A model generated the notes under the pieces. It did not search any database, had not been told where the DNA came from, and was given only the letters and a program-made list of their open reading frames with translations. Shown here in pieces: positions 25,516-39,013 of a stretch of DNA of 64,000 nucleotides. Source of the DNA: Moniliella sp. 'wahieum' (lineage: Eukaryota); the NCBI GenBank assembly GCA_003971905.1, contig RSEE01000009.1, forward strand, positions 868,001 to 932,000, read 5' to 3'. Positions within the stretch are counted from its first letter, which is position 1. Each line of letters starts with the position of its first letter. The position numbers and the translations under genes are program-made.

Positions 25516-28500
25516 TTAGAGGACGCCCAGAGGATCAGAGTTGGCTTTGGAGCGGGAGGAGAAAGTAGGGTGGTGGTCATCAGCCAAGGGAGGCAGTACA
25601 GCCTCTTGGTCTCCCCAAGAACTCGACGAGTGGGACGCAACCATTTGTGTCGGAGCCGTCGAGCCGGGTGAAGCCGATGCAAGGGGATTTCTACTGGCGC
25701 TCGTTGCAGTAGACTCAAGGGCGCCATCACCCTTGCTTGATGACCAAGAGGCACCCAGGGGATCATCTGCGAGAGGCCGGTCGAGAGGGTGAACAGGAGG
25801 AGGGTGCAAGGAAAGCGAGGGGGCCTGGGGATTCGACGAGTTTCCCAAGGGGTGCATTGGTGAGTAGGGCGCAGCAGGTGCTTGCTTTTGCGATCCCATC
25901 GATGAGGTAGAAGCAGTCATCTGGAGGGGGGACGAGGCTGACACGGAGAGGCGCTTGAAGCTGGTGCCTAATGGGTCATTCGGTACCTCCGCCCACGCGT
26001 TTGCTTCCCACGAGGAGACGCTGTCATCAAGCTGACGGGGAGCCGAAGAGGAGGGAACGGGTGCGGACACGTTGGGAGCAGCCTCCAAATGACTTGACGA
26101 CGTATCCCACGGATTCGCTTCCTCACTATCGCCAACTTGATCCCCAAAGAGCCATCCTTTGCCTGCAGACCACAGAGCACGAACTTGGCGTTTGCCGACC
26201 GCTGCAGGGTCCCAGATTGGGTCATCCGAAGAAGAGGAGGGAACAGCCAGAGGTCCTGTGTCGTTGTCGTGACGCCTTTCAGAAAGGGTAGGGGCTCGAT
26301 TGGCGACTTTATGAACGCCAGTCTTGACCTTAGGCTGGTACGGGCGATATGCCAGTCCAGCATAGTCATCACGGCCAGATGAGCCAGTAAGAGAGATAGC
26401 CTCTTCCCATCGATCGGTGGAGGCAGTGATTTACCCTGCGCCACAGCTTCAAGCCTCTGCTCGAGCCTCTTGCGCCGTGCATCCCGTTGGGCAGCCACTT
26501 GAACCTGTGCAGCACGTTCCATATCGATAAATGCGTTCAAGTCTTGATCTGAGCGCCGGAACAGGGGGCCACAGTCGTACATCCTTGCCGTTGGGCATAA
26601 GCACACTCGCGTCCGTCCGCCTTTGGGTGGCCTCCAATTCGGGGTCGTACTTGGAGTTCCTAAAAACCTTCTTGGTTGCGGGTGATAGTAGTTCCCCCCA
26701 CACGCTTGTGAGCGCAGGGAATCGGCGGCGGAACTGGATTCGTTCGGCTTCCGTATTGAGAGAGGAAACTGCCTGTCGTGCACTCATGAAGGGCACATTG
26801 CAACTCAACCAGCCAACCCGTCTCAAACTCGAAGCGGGAGGGGAATTGGCGATGGATCTGATAGACACAGTCAAGGAACTGATGAAAGACAGGTGAAATC
26901 TCCTTGAGATGGGTTACCGACTCTTGGTCCTGAGGTCCCCGCAGATTGGCCGCAACCGACTTTGTGAATCCCACAAGGCCGAGGCAGCATTGGCGGGCTC
27001 GAATCCTCCGTTCCGAGAGTCGGTGTCCGACTCGGACTCGGGAGAGGCTTGGTATTTGTCGTCGAAAAAGCTCGTGTGCGAAAGGTGGCCAGTCCGGTGA
27101 AGAAATCGATGACCAAAAGACGCAAAGTCCTTTTCGATCAGAACCGCAAAGCCCTGGAATGTGCGATAAAAGGGATCCAAGCAGACCTGGGCCACTGCTG
27201 AGAGCTGAGAGGTGCGATCCCATCCATCAGAGCAGTGAATCAAAACGTGAGCACGATCCACATGGACTGAACGCACGATCTTGCTTGCACCTCAAGGAGG
27301 GTGATGATATGTCGTAACCAGCCCGACCGCTTAACCTGATTCGGGTCGAGATTGGGCAGGGTGTCTTGCCCCTCAGCACCGAAGCCTGGGGCAACGTCAG
27401 CGTCGGTTAAAGCCTCGGTAATAGCCTTTAGGGAGTCCCGCATGACGTGAATATTGTCAATCCCAAGGAATACCTTGGTACCACCCGGATAGTAGTCCAT
27501 CGTTTCACTCCCCGCACCCTTAGCATGATTGGCATACGCGTTGGTTTGGGCCGCGCATCGATAATCACATTGTTGGCCTTAGCGCCATACATGGGTTGGT
27601 TGCCCAATATGGTGGGCGCTTCCGACGAATCGATCGTATCAAACGCGCCCAACGAAGAGTTTGCTATTTTCCCACCTTCCTCATTCGACCCCGAGCCTGG
27701 AGCATGAGTGGGAAGACCACCAGAAAAGAGGTGGGAAGTAAAGATGGCGTCGACTAACTTCTCGTCCTGAACGCTGCGGCTGTATCGTAGTCCCACCAAA
27801 GGCTGAGATGAGCGAGTGATGCTGCCCAAATGAGCCCAGTGGAGGTAGGTCAAGGCGGGCAGACGAGACTTGGATCGGAATTTGGCCCATGTTGAAGTGT
27901 CGCGTCATTATCGCCGAAGGAACAACCAGGAAAGAGGGATAAGTGGAGCAAAACTAGACCAAGGTATGTCAGGAGGCATGCCGAGAAAGGCTGTGGAGGA
28001 TAAAGAAGAAAGGAGTAAACGTACAGTATGGTGGGAATTGGCGTAGTTACGCCCAGGCCTGGGTGCGAGACCACACCCGACGCTCAAACGCCCTCTTTGC
28101 ATCGTACACGTTCCAGCCCGATTCGCTCAACTCGCCATCGAGGGAAGCGTCTTGGGTGGCCACCGAGAGACTACGCGGGTGGAACGCAGCCAGCTGGTCG
28201 ACGCTCTGAAGCACAGTGTGGGTCCGAAGGAATTCGAACACTGCCTGGCTTGTCTGCTCGTCGGCAACGTACAGAGTGAGCGACTCGAAATTCTTGAGTT
28301 GCACCCAGACAGGGAAGGCCCGATAGGAGGGGAAATGCATCGCGGCCTGAGCCCTACCGACGGGGACGCTCGCAAGGCGGCTGACATGTCCAATAAGATG
28401 GAATGAAAGGGCAATGGTGACCGGGGCGGGCAGAAAAGAGCTGCGGCGTGGCTGTTGGCCTGGCTGGGGCTGGGCTCGCTGGCGTTGGCGATGGGCGCGG

Positions 28501-28620
28501 GATGGACGGAGGGGCGGGCGTGAGGGCCAGAATGGCGGAGTGTGTGGTCAGGTGAGCGCGGCGGCGTTGTAAGCGTGCCTGCGCTGCACCACAATGCCGG
28601 GGACGTCCATGGCAAGGCGG
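25516..28620 (-). CDS. YMR1: Myotubularin-family phosphoinositide 3-phosphatase (Ymr1-like); multiple frameshifts, start uncertain (28.4-28.8 kb)
   Basis: Catalytic HVLIHCSDGWDRTSQLSAVAQVCLDPFYRTFQGFAVLIEKDFASFGHRF. Also GWNVYDAKRAFER, LTYLHW...SITRSSQPLVGL, IIDARP, FLGIDNIHVMRDSL, SPVFHQFLDCVYQIHRQFPSRFEF. Confidence 0.92.
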
Positions 28621-29336
28621 AGGGGGGGCGGCGGAGCGGAGAGGCATCAGCACCAGCGGCGACCGGCAGACAGCCGAGCCCAGCCCGCACCAGCGCAACC
28701 GCAACCGCATCCGCACCCACGGCCGCATACCCAACCACAACCACAGCCACAACCCTGACACTGTCCTTGCGCCCCTCGGCTTGAACATTTCCATCCTGCA
28801 GATCGATTGCGTCGCTTCCATCGATGATCACCCATGACATGTGTCGGCCCGTCCAACCCCCTCTTCTGCGCCCTCTCCACACACCACAACAATAAGGAAC
28901 GCCTTGCTGGGCTACGGCCCTTTTGGACCCTTTTGACTTCCCTTTTCGCTCCCTACGCTGCGCTCTGAAATTTGCCCAGCTTCATATTGCCCTGGACTAC
29001 CTCCATCCACGAAAAGAAGAGGCCTGAATACTCGCATCTTTGCCACCAAAAGACAGGCTCCTTTCTCTCGGGTACCGACAATAGCTTAACATCGACCACT
29101 GCGGGGGCGAGAGACCTGGCTCTCTCTAAACTGTCCAACCAAGCCGCTTAGCCAGAAGAAGTATCCCGGCGGAATGCGAACATCCTCTGTTCCGCATCTC
29201 GGCCCCACACCCTCCCACGCCCCCTTGCTTGTCTTTCTAGTTCCGTTTTTGCTTCATCCTTCATCCATCATCTTACTCCTGTGCACGGATTCCTATCAAG
29301 ATGTAGCGTTGCTGTTGTACACGAAATCCCATTCCC

Positions 29337-30483
29337 TCACTGGGTACCAACCTTGGCGAATGTAGCAGCCACCAAAAGCGGGAACGCGAGTGTGGCATCG
29401 CACGAAACCTTGATGCTCACGCCTCCGCGCTCGGCCGATTTGATCTTGCCCCACGAGATGGCCTCGTCTGGCCGAGCGCGATCAGACCCGTCAAATTCTT
29501 GGCCCGTGTTGATGTAAACGGCATAGTCGGCACCATTGCGGAAGAGCATGGCATTGGCAATTTGGTGCTTGCACACACCGCCACCGAGGATAATGATGCC
29601 TGCCTTGGGCGATTGAACCGACAAATCGTTGAGCCGACGAATGTCGCGAACCAAGTCAACAACCAGGGGCGCAACGACTTGTACGAATGGAAGTAAACAT
29701 ATCCCCCAGGCTGCCGTCGGTCAGTGCAGGGCAAAGATTGGCACACCGTTCTTGGCGGCCCAGTAGAGGATGGATGATTCATCATTGATCTCACGGCCCA
29801 GGCGCTCGCACACCTTGCTAGGTGTCCAGACCATCAAGTCCCCCTCATCCTCCTCATGGGGTTTCTTGCCGCTCGACCCAGGAAGACGCTGTTCCGACGC
29901 CATTTTTTCAAGAATAGGCATGATCCAATCCTCGAAAGCAGTGTAGTTATCGTTGGGAACGACCAGGTTGCCAATGCGGTTCATGCCCTTCTTGCGCAAC
30001 TCGCCACCGTCGAGGTTGAACTTGGCAACATAGGTCGGTGCAAGACATTTGATCAAGTCTTCCTCAACGCCACCGGCCGTGGTTACCAGGACGTCGACAT
30101 GCCTGTGCTGGACGAGATAGCGAATGACTTCCCTTACACCCGAGGAAACGAGGTTGGACGTGTAGCCTAGGAAAATCTTGCACTTGGTTGCCTTGCGACG
30201 AGAATCCCGTTGCTCGCTGTCTCCTCACGGGCCTCCATGTCTGCTGCAATCTCTTCGGGCGACGCAGGTTCGTCCGACTGACGCCAGGTGAGCATTGAGT
30301 TGACAACATCGATGGCGTGACCAAGCTCGGTAGCCTGGAAGCCTGTGGTTCCTAGTGCGCCCAGCAGATCGTCGAGAGTAACCTTGCCCCGGCCAAAGTC
30401 GAGCCCCTTGACTGGGGAGTGTCCTCCGGGACGCTGACAGATTCTGCAAACACGGCAGCTTGAGCGGACTCGGGGGCGGACAT
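29337..30483 (-). CDS. DYS1: Deoxyhypusine synthase; frameshifted
   Basis: [126 protein letters not shown]. Confidence 0.96.
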
Positions 30484-30938
30484 GCCGGCACGGGAAACAG
30501 AAGAAGGTGGTGGTGGGGGGGGGGGGGGGCGGGCAGACGCTGGCAAAAAAAAATCACCCCATTGCGGCGCTGGCTGGGCGCGAGACAGGCAGAGCGCAGA
30601 GCGCAAACGACGATGAAGTTGAATGTTCAACCTGCGAGAAGAAACGAGTGGACAGCCGATGAGACTGCTGTGTGATGTGCGACGTGTGATACGCGATGCG
30701 TGGTGTTGCAGGTGATGGGTGCATTGATGGATGAAATTGAAATCAACTGGTCTGTGCGGCTGTGCTACGGCGTGCTATTGCCTGCGACGGCCTGCGACGA
30801 ATCACGGCTGGCGGCTGACGTGGCGCCCCGGCCACAAACCAGATGGACATCGCCGGCCGCCGCTTTTTCCTCACCACCTCCAGGCACTTCCTGGCCCCGC
30901 TCCCCCTGCTCCCCGCCGCGCCTGAGGTCTGCTTCGAG

Positions 30939-32722
30939 ATGCGCGCCAACACCGCCCTTCTTGCTGCCACGCTTGCAACTCTGGCCACGGCGCGCGACGT
31001 GACCGCCTCGGGCGCGGTGCCGCGCGGCGTGGCCCCTTCCGATGCCGCTCGCTACGAACCTCTGGACGAGACAGTTGCTGGCGCGCCAGGCTGGCGCTCT
31101 CTTTCTTCGGGCGAACTTATCCCCTTTGCGGCTGTCAATGACGACTACTGCGACTGTGCCGATGGGTCGGACGAGCCGGGCACAGCTGCCTGTGCTGGTA
31201 GCCACTTCTACTGTGCCAACGAGGGCCACACCCCCGCCTACATCCCTTCCTCCCGCGTTGGGGATGGTCTTTGCGAGCCAACTTGCTGCGACGGATCGGA
31301 CGAGGCTTTGAACCCGCTGGATGATGGTAGCACGAGATGCCCGAACACGTGTGCCGAGGTGGGCCGCAAAGCTCGTCTGGCCCAAGCTCAACGCGATGCC
31401 CTCCGCCGCTCGGGCGCCAAGATTCGAGCCGGGTACATTGCCAAGGCGACCAAGGCACTGGCCAACGAGAAGGCCAAAGTGAGCCGATTGACGCTTGAGA
31501 TTGGCCTGGCTCAAGAGAAGGTAGCCGCGCTGAAAGAGGCGTATGAGGCGGCGTCGGCCCGTCTAAAGGCTGACACGGCGGCCAAGAAGGAACTGCCGGC
31601 GTACAAGGCGCTTGTGGCGGCTCAGTACCAGCTGGCGGCTGACGAGGCAGTCAGGAAGGAGCTCCTGGACGAGTTGGAATACCTCACTGAGCTGCTCGAT
31701 GGTTTGGCGGGCGGGTACAACCCCAACTACCAAGATATGGCAGTCAAGGGGGCCGTGATGGAGTACCGCTCCTGGAAGGCTGCGCAAGACCCTTCTGACG
31801 AGGAGACCGAGGGTAACGCTGAACACGCCGACACGGGAGGCAGCGTAAACATTGCTCAGGAGCCGCCTGTGCGGATGGAGCAGCTGCGGAACCTGGTTGC
31901 TCACCCTCCCCTGGTGGGCAAGGAAAGCGGCGCCTCGGTGCCAAATGATGAGCCCATCCCATCCTCCAACGAGACGTTTGAGCTGCTTAGTCAGAACCCA
32001 TTGGACATCGTCGACACACCTGGATCGTCCCGTCACTCCAAGAGTGGGCTTCTGTTCCGCATCCATGAGTACCTTCCTGACAGTGTGGTGCCTTACTTTG
32101 AGGCCACCGTCGACACCCTTCTCGATCTCCTGGTCAAGGCCAATGTGGTCAGCCGGACGAGAGGAAGGTTCGGGAGAGCGCGACGAAGCTCGGAAGGAGC
32201 GCATTGCCCTGGAAGAGGCTGAAGCACACCTTCGCAAACTCGAAGGCGAACTCAATGATGCCCACATGGCTTCGCAGCTTGAGCCCGCGGTGTGGGGTCC
32301 CGAGGGGGAGTGGAAGGCCCTGGATGGGACCTGCGTCGAGTGGAAATCAGACTCGGGAGAGTATGTGTACGAGATTTGCTTTGGCCCGGGCGCGCAAGCC
32401 CTGCAAAAGCCGCAGCGGGGTGGAGCTGAAGTCTCGCTGGGCAGGTTTGACAAGTTCAACGTCCACAACCCCACTGATTTGAGCCCCGAAGAGGACCCAG
32501 CGCACTTCTTTGCCTCGGCGCTCTACAACAATGGACAGCGCTGCTGGAACGGGCCGGACCGTTCGGCCGTAGTGATGCTCGTGCGGGACGGAGAACGCGC
32601 TGACCAACGTGTTTGAGGCGGAGAAGTGCATCTACAACATGGCCGTCACGACGCCAGCGGTGTGCTACCCTCCGGAGGGTCAGAAGAAGACGCCGGTGGC
32701 GGGCGGACACCCCGACCTGTAA
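30939..32722 (+). CDS. GTB1: Glucosidase II beta subunit (PRKCSH/Gtb1-like); frameshifted
   Basis: Signal peptide MRANTALLAATLATLA, LDLa-like VNDDYCDCADGSDEPGTAAC...FYCANEGH...RVGDGLCEPTCCDGSDE, coiled coil, YNPNYQDMAVKGAV, MRH domain (GEWKALDGTC, YVYEICF, YNNGQRCWNGPDRS, EAEKCIYNMAVTTPAVC). C-terminus HPDL-stop. Confidence 0.93.
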
Positions 32723-33123
32723 CTTTTTTTTCTCATCCGCAGTGCTCTGCGCAACGAAGCCACAATCCAGTCAGGCCGTGGCGCTGGAGCCCAGATATGT
32801 AGAGAGTGACAAGGGTATGCGTAGAAGCAGAGTGGATGCAAGGTTGGAGCTTATGTATGCTTCTCTCTGCCGGACGTGCTCCGCTTGTGACGTGCGACTG
32901 GAGGTGCCTTTCTAGACATAAGATCTAAAGGATCGTCAACGCGTCAACCTTGACAGTCTACGGTCACCACGTCCCACTACTCTACCCGTCTCTACGTGAC
33001 TCTAGGGGCAACCCATCTGTTTGAAAATTGATCGATCGGTCACGGTAGAGCATGCAATACAACCTTCCATTTTGCAACAGGAAGACGAGGGGAAACATGA
33101 CAGGCAGCCCGGTCGGGCCAATT

Positions 33124-34915
33124 TTAGGCATCCGTCGTGGCTGCAATCCGGGCCCCCCACGCGCCGCGAGGCCTGAAAGCAGGCTTCTTGGCGGGGGCAG
33201 CCGCAGCGGCAGGCTCCTCAGCATTCTCCTCCTTTGTCTTGGGGGGCGCAATGGGCAGGGGCATGTTGCGCAAGTGTTGGGTCGAGTCCGCCATGCGCGT
33301 GCCGTTGCGCAAGAACCAGTCTCCGTACCGCCGCCCGGCGCGGTGCTCCGCCACATGGACCGTGTCGCCGTCGAGAACAAAGTCGAGGTCGGATGTGTTG
33401 ATCACCGTGCCCTCCAGCAGGTTGCCTGCTTGCCACTTGAATTGCCGTGTCGCCGCCTTGGCCACCATCATGCGCTCAATCACCTCTTCTTCATCGGTGT
33501 CGCAGAAGTCGGCGAGTTTGTCGATACCAAGCGACTTGTAAAGCTTGACAAAGCTCCGCACCGTTCCGTTCGAGAGTTGAGGGATAATGTCCGCCATGAA
33601 AAGCTGAGTTGATGCTGCACCGGGTCAGAAAGCTGGGCGTCATCCCACACCGCATCGCCTCCGGGTCATCGTACGCTGGGCCCGAGGTGGCAATGAATTT
33701 GGGCGCCGCGTAAAGGAACAGCTCCTCAAATGCCGAGGACTGGGCCTTGTGCATCCTGGCCAGCTGCTCGCCGTATTTGTCCTTGAGTGCTGACTGCAGG
33801 CCCTCGTCCAGACGAGTAGGGCAAAGAACGATGCTGATGGCCAACAACGCGTACATCCGGTCCGCCGTCTTGGTCAGCTGATCGTGTTGGTACGAACGGG
33901 TGAAGGACTTGAGACGCTGCATGAACGTGAGGATGCTAGTGAAGGAACGAATCGCGTCAGGGTAGCGACCGAGCATCAGGTAGGCAAAGCCGACATAGTA
34001 GTAGGTAGACACATGGCACGCCGTCACACGAGTCATCAGCGCATTCTTCTTGCCCAACTCAATGTGGTCAAGGTTTGAGAGCAAGGGTGTAGTCACCCAG
34101 GACATGCACGCGCAGCAAACCAATCAAGCTGAAGAAGCCCAAGGTCTTGTAGAGCTGCGTGCTGCCATACTCACCCGCCACCTCGTCCGGGTCCTCTCCA
34201 GCGCGGTGGCGGCGAGCTGCTGGACAATGTTGGCCTTCTGGATCAACGAGTATAGGACATTGAGCACCGAGTAGCTGCTCCACACCCCACCTTCACGGAG
34301 AAGCTCAAGATCCTCCTCGTTTTTACTGGAGAGCTTGTTGCGCCATTGGCTGAAGCTCTGGTACTGGTAGATAAACTCGTCGATAATGTCCCAGAGCCAC
34401 TGCGAGGGCAAGTTGATGGGCACGGGGCCGTGCTCATTGTTGAGAACGTAGTTGAAGAAGTCGCAGTAGTTGTCGTACGAGCTAAAACGGTCTTCCCCGG
34501 TCGGTTGCAGACGCGAGTAGACGTGGCGGTACCAAAGTTCCTTGTAGAGGATGAGGAATACCTGGTCATTCTCCACCAGCGGGGCGATCACCTCGGCATC
34601 GGGCCACTCGGATTTGGCATAGTGCTTGGCGGTCAAGCTGTTCCAGCCCCCTCGTACGCAGAGCTGATCTCGGGGAGAGAGTTGTTCTTGACAGCGGTGT
34701 AGAAGCCAATGAGGTACTTCTTGACAGGCGACGGCACCTGCTGCAGGGCAGCAGTCTGCTGGGCAGCCGCAGCCTTCTGGGCTTCGGCGACCAGGGCGGT
34801 GCGCGGCGTCGTCGGCAAAAGCATCGCCGGCAGCGGCATAGTCGACGCCGAGGTCGACCTCTCCTTCCAGGAGCTCCTCGTCTTCGACGTCTTGGGTGTA
34901 GTACGGGGCGGACAT
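33124..34915 (-). CDS. EIF3L: Eukaryotic translation initiation factor 3 subunit L; frameshifted
   Basis: [141 protein letters not shown]. Confidence 0.95.
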
Positions 34916-35558
34916 GGTGGTGGGGGTCGAGTCGATGTCCGAGCGAGCAGGCGAAGAGCGAGGGCGGCAGGGGAGGAGCAGCGAAACAGCCGCCGTGCGC
35001 CCGGATTTTTTTCCCCTCTGCTGCCCGCCGGCCACACTGCCCGCATGCGGCGGCGGCGCGTGGGCATGCTTCGGGGGCGGAATGGCCGACGACGCCCGGC
35101 GGAACAGGCGGCGTGGCCGAGCAGCGGGCGCATCGGGCAGGCTGCCCAAAGTGAAAGTTGTAGTCAGCGTGTGCACGGCGCGTGGTGTGTGATGTGCACG
35201 GTGTGATGTTGGGTGGCAGAAGGCGGGCGGCTGGTGGTGACCGGTGACGGTGACCGGTGAGGGTGCCAGTGAAGCTAGTGAAGCTAGTGACGGGTGGCAG
35301 GCACGGGAGGCGGGGCACGGGGGCGCTGTGCTCCACCTGAGGCGGCGCGGCGGCTCCCCGAGCAGGTGGGAAGGCGTGGCGGGCGCTGGCTGCCGTGCGG
35401 CGCCGTGGCACACGCGAGCGACACAGACCCTTCGCCCGCCTGGGCCACAGTCTGTCCCCAGCGGCGCGCAAGCTGGATTCGGTCGATTCAGGATTGCCGT
35501 TGCGATTGATACGCCGCCCCCGCTCCTCTGCCCTACCACCCGCTCCTCCTCCGCTGCC

Positions 35559-36934
<1,376 letters not shown>

Positions 36935-37562
36935 AGCCTTATGGCGCTGCCTCTGACCAAGTCCATCTACATCCCCTCCTTACCTCCGGCCAGTATGTTG
37001 GTCCAGATGATTGGCTTATCCCCGTGTTCTTTGCTGTATCTCCGTTCTTTTTCACTCTTCCATACACTCTCCCTTTCTCGCCTTTCGTCCTTGGGCATGG
37101 TGTGTACTGAGTCTGATGAACCCGCAACATTTTTTTGATAACAACTGGTGCCAATGGCCCCACTACGTTCCTCCTTCGTCTGGACCCGTTTCCCCGTCAT
37201 CTGTCACTAGCCTCGTCTCTCTTGTCTACCAGCCAGCTATGCCTTCAATCTGCATCACCTAATGCTGATTTGGAAGTACCCTGTGTCCCAACAACAGAGG
37301 GGATAACAACGCATTCCCCTTCCTGGCTCTCCCTCCTCCCCCCTTTTCATGTGAACTGTAGCATATTTGGAGGAGCAATCAGGAGAGGCATGGGTATTGT
37401 CGTATATGGAGGCAAGAGAAGCACGATGCCGTGAACGCATGAATACAAGTCATGCAGGACTACAACTCAAACGGGACTTGGCCGTCCCATACAGCTCTTG
37501 GTATAGCGCCCGCAGCTCATCCGACGCCTGCTTTGCCTTGGGTCCTTGCCCCATCTCATCGT

Positions 37563-39013
37563 TTATGGCAAGGAACTTGACCCATGAGCGATGCGATAGC
37601 GAATGTTGAGGCGAACCGACGCATTATCCTTGGCGAAGATGTCCACCGATGCAGCAATATGGTCTGTGTCGTCATTGACTGAGGCGCCACGGCAAAGGTC
37701 AAGGGCGACTTTTGATGGCCCAGAGGGCGAGTTCCATGCATCAAGCTCCCCTCGAGCGCTGTGTAGGCATGCACCAGTAGTGGTGTGATCACGTCCTCGT
37801 AATGCCGAAAGCGGTGCGAGAGGGTGGTGTTGATCTCGGCCGCAAACCTGCGTGTTGTGCCGAGCAAGGCGGTACGGGAATATACAAGGGTGCGTGGCGT
37901 ACAAAGCGAGGTGGAAAGGCAAGTTGCTGGCAGTACCATAGGCACGTTGAATCGCATCCAGCGTGTTGTAGGTACTAAACCGCCAAAGTGTTGGGCAGGA
38001 ACAAGTTCATGGTAGTTGGGTGGCTTGCGAATCTCTTTCGATTCCAGGTATTGCAACACGCCCCGCCCCGATCCACGTCCACGGTAGCCGTCCTGGATCC
38101 AGACGTCGTGGGGAAACATCGTCGCCCCCTCCCAAGGTGAAAAAGTCACTGGGGTGCAAGGGTGAAGGGAAGGTGTAGTCATCGTTGCAGTGGATAATCC
38201 ACTCGCTGTCCGGCAAATGGCTGCCGCGAGGGGGAGGGGGAAGCCGATGCAGGAAGGCTTCAATGACGTTGGAGCTAAAGGTAGGCTGAGCTGCCGGGGG
38301 AGCAAAACGTCTTGGTCCACCCACTCGATCCGCCCAAGAAGATCGGGGTGGCCGGTTTGCGCGGCAGGCGACGCATGGGGTACTGCTTGTCCCTTGGCGT
38401 TGAAGGGAGGGTGGGCGAGGCGGACAAAAGAAGGTGGCGAGGGGGACACGATCACAATTCGTCCCGTGTGCCAAGGCAAATGCATGGCTAACGTGCGCAA
38501 ACTGAACAGCAGATCATCATTGTCCCGATCCCGGTCGCCGCCAACGGCGACGCGCCCGCCATACTGTTCCCGCAATTGACGGTTGTCAGGGTCGCTGCCG
38601 TTGATCCATGTATAGACAATGGTCGCGTTGCGCGCCCACTCCCATTCGGGCTCGAGCGCTGCGGATGGCGCGACTGACGCCAGCCCCGCCTGGGGGTCCG
38701 GCCCGCCCATCTGCTGGTGTGATGAGGCGAACGAAGGGAGGGCAGCCTTTGCGGTGGACACGGAAGGGAAAAGGTAAGAGGAAAGGGAAGTGCGAGAGCG
38801 GAGAGGATCAGATTGGAGGTGGAGTGCCGACCGGATCGGTGCGGTGGTTGCAGCCATTACAAGGACCACCAGCACGGCGGCGACAATCACGGCAGTACAA
38901 GCGCGCGAGGTGCGGCGGGACGGATACGCAGCGCCAGGTCCATTGGATCGTCTGTGGCGAGGGGGGAAGGGGCGGATACCAAAAGGGGAGCGTGGCCGAG
39001 CACCCATTCCCAT
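37563..39013 (-). CDS. Stealth-family sugar-1-phosphate (hexose/xylose-phosphate) transferase, type II membrane protein; frameshifted
   Basis: TM helix AVIVAAVLVVLVMAA. CR1 IVYTWINGSDP. CR2 RDRDNDDLLFSLRT..PWHTGRIVIVSP...VDQDVLLP..PTFSSNVIEAFLHRLP...WIIHCNDDY..P..PSDFFT. HRFRH. CR4-like ASVNDD. Confidence 0.88.

Noticed and set aside
9881..30483. Polyamine/hypusine gene cluster (SAM synthetase plus deoxyhypusine synthase)
   Set aside because: The genes are about 18 kb apart with unrelated genes between, and no SAM decarboxylase, spermidine synthase or eIF5A is present.
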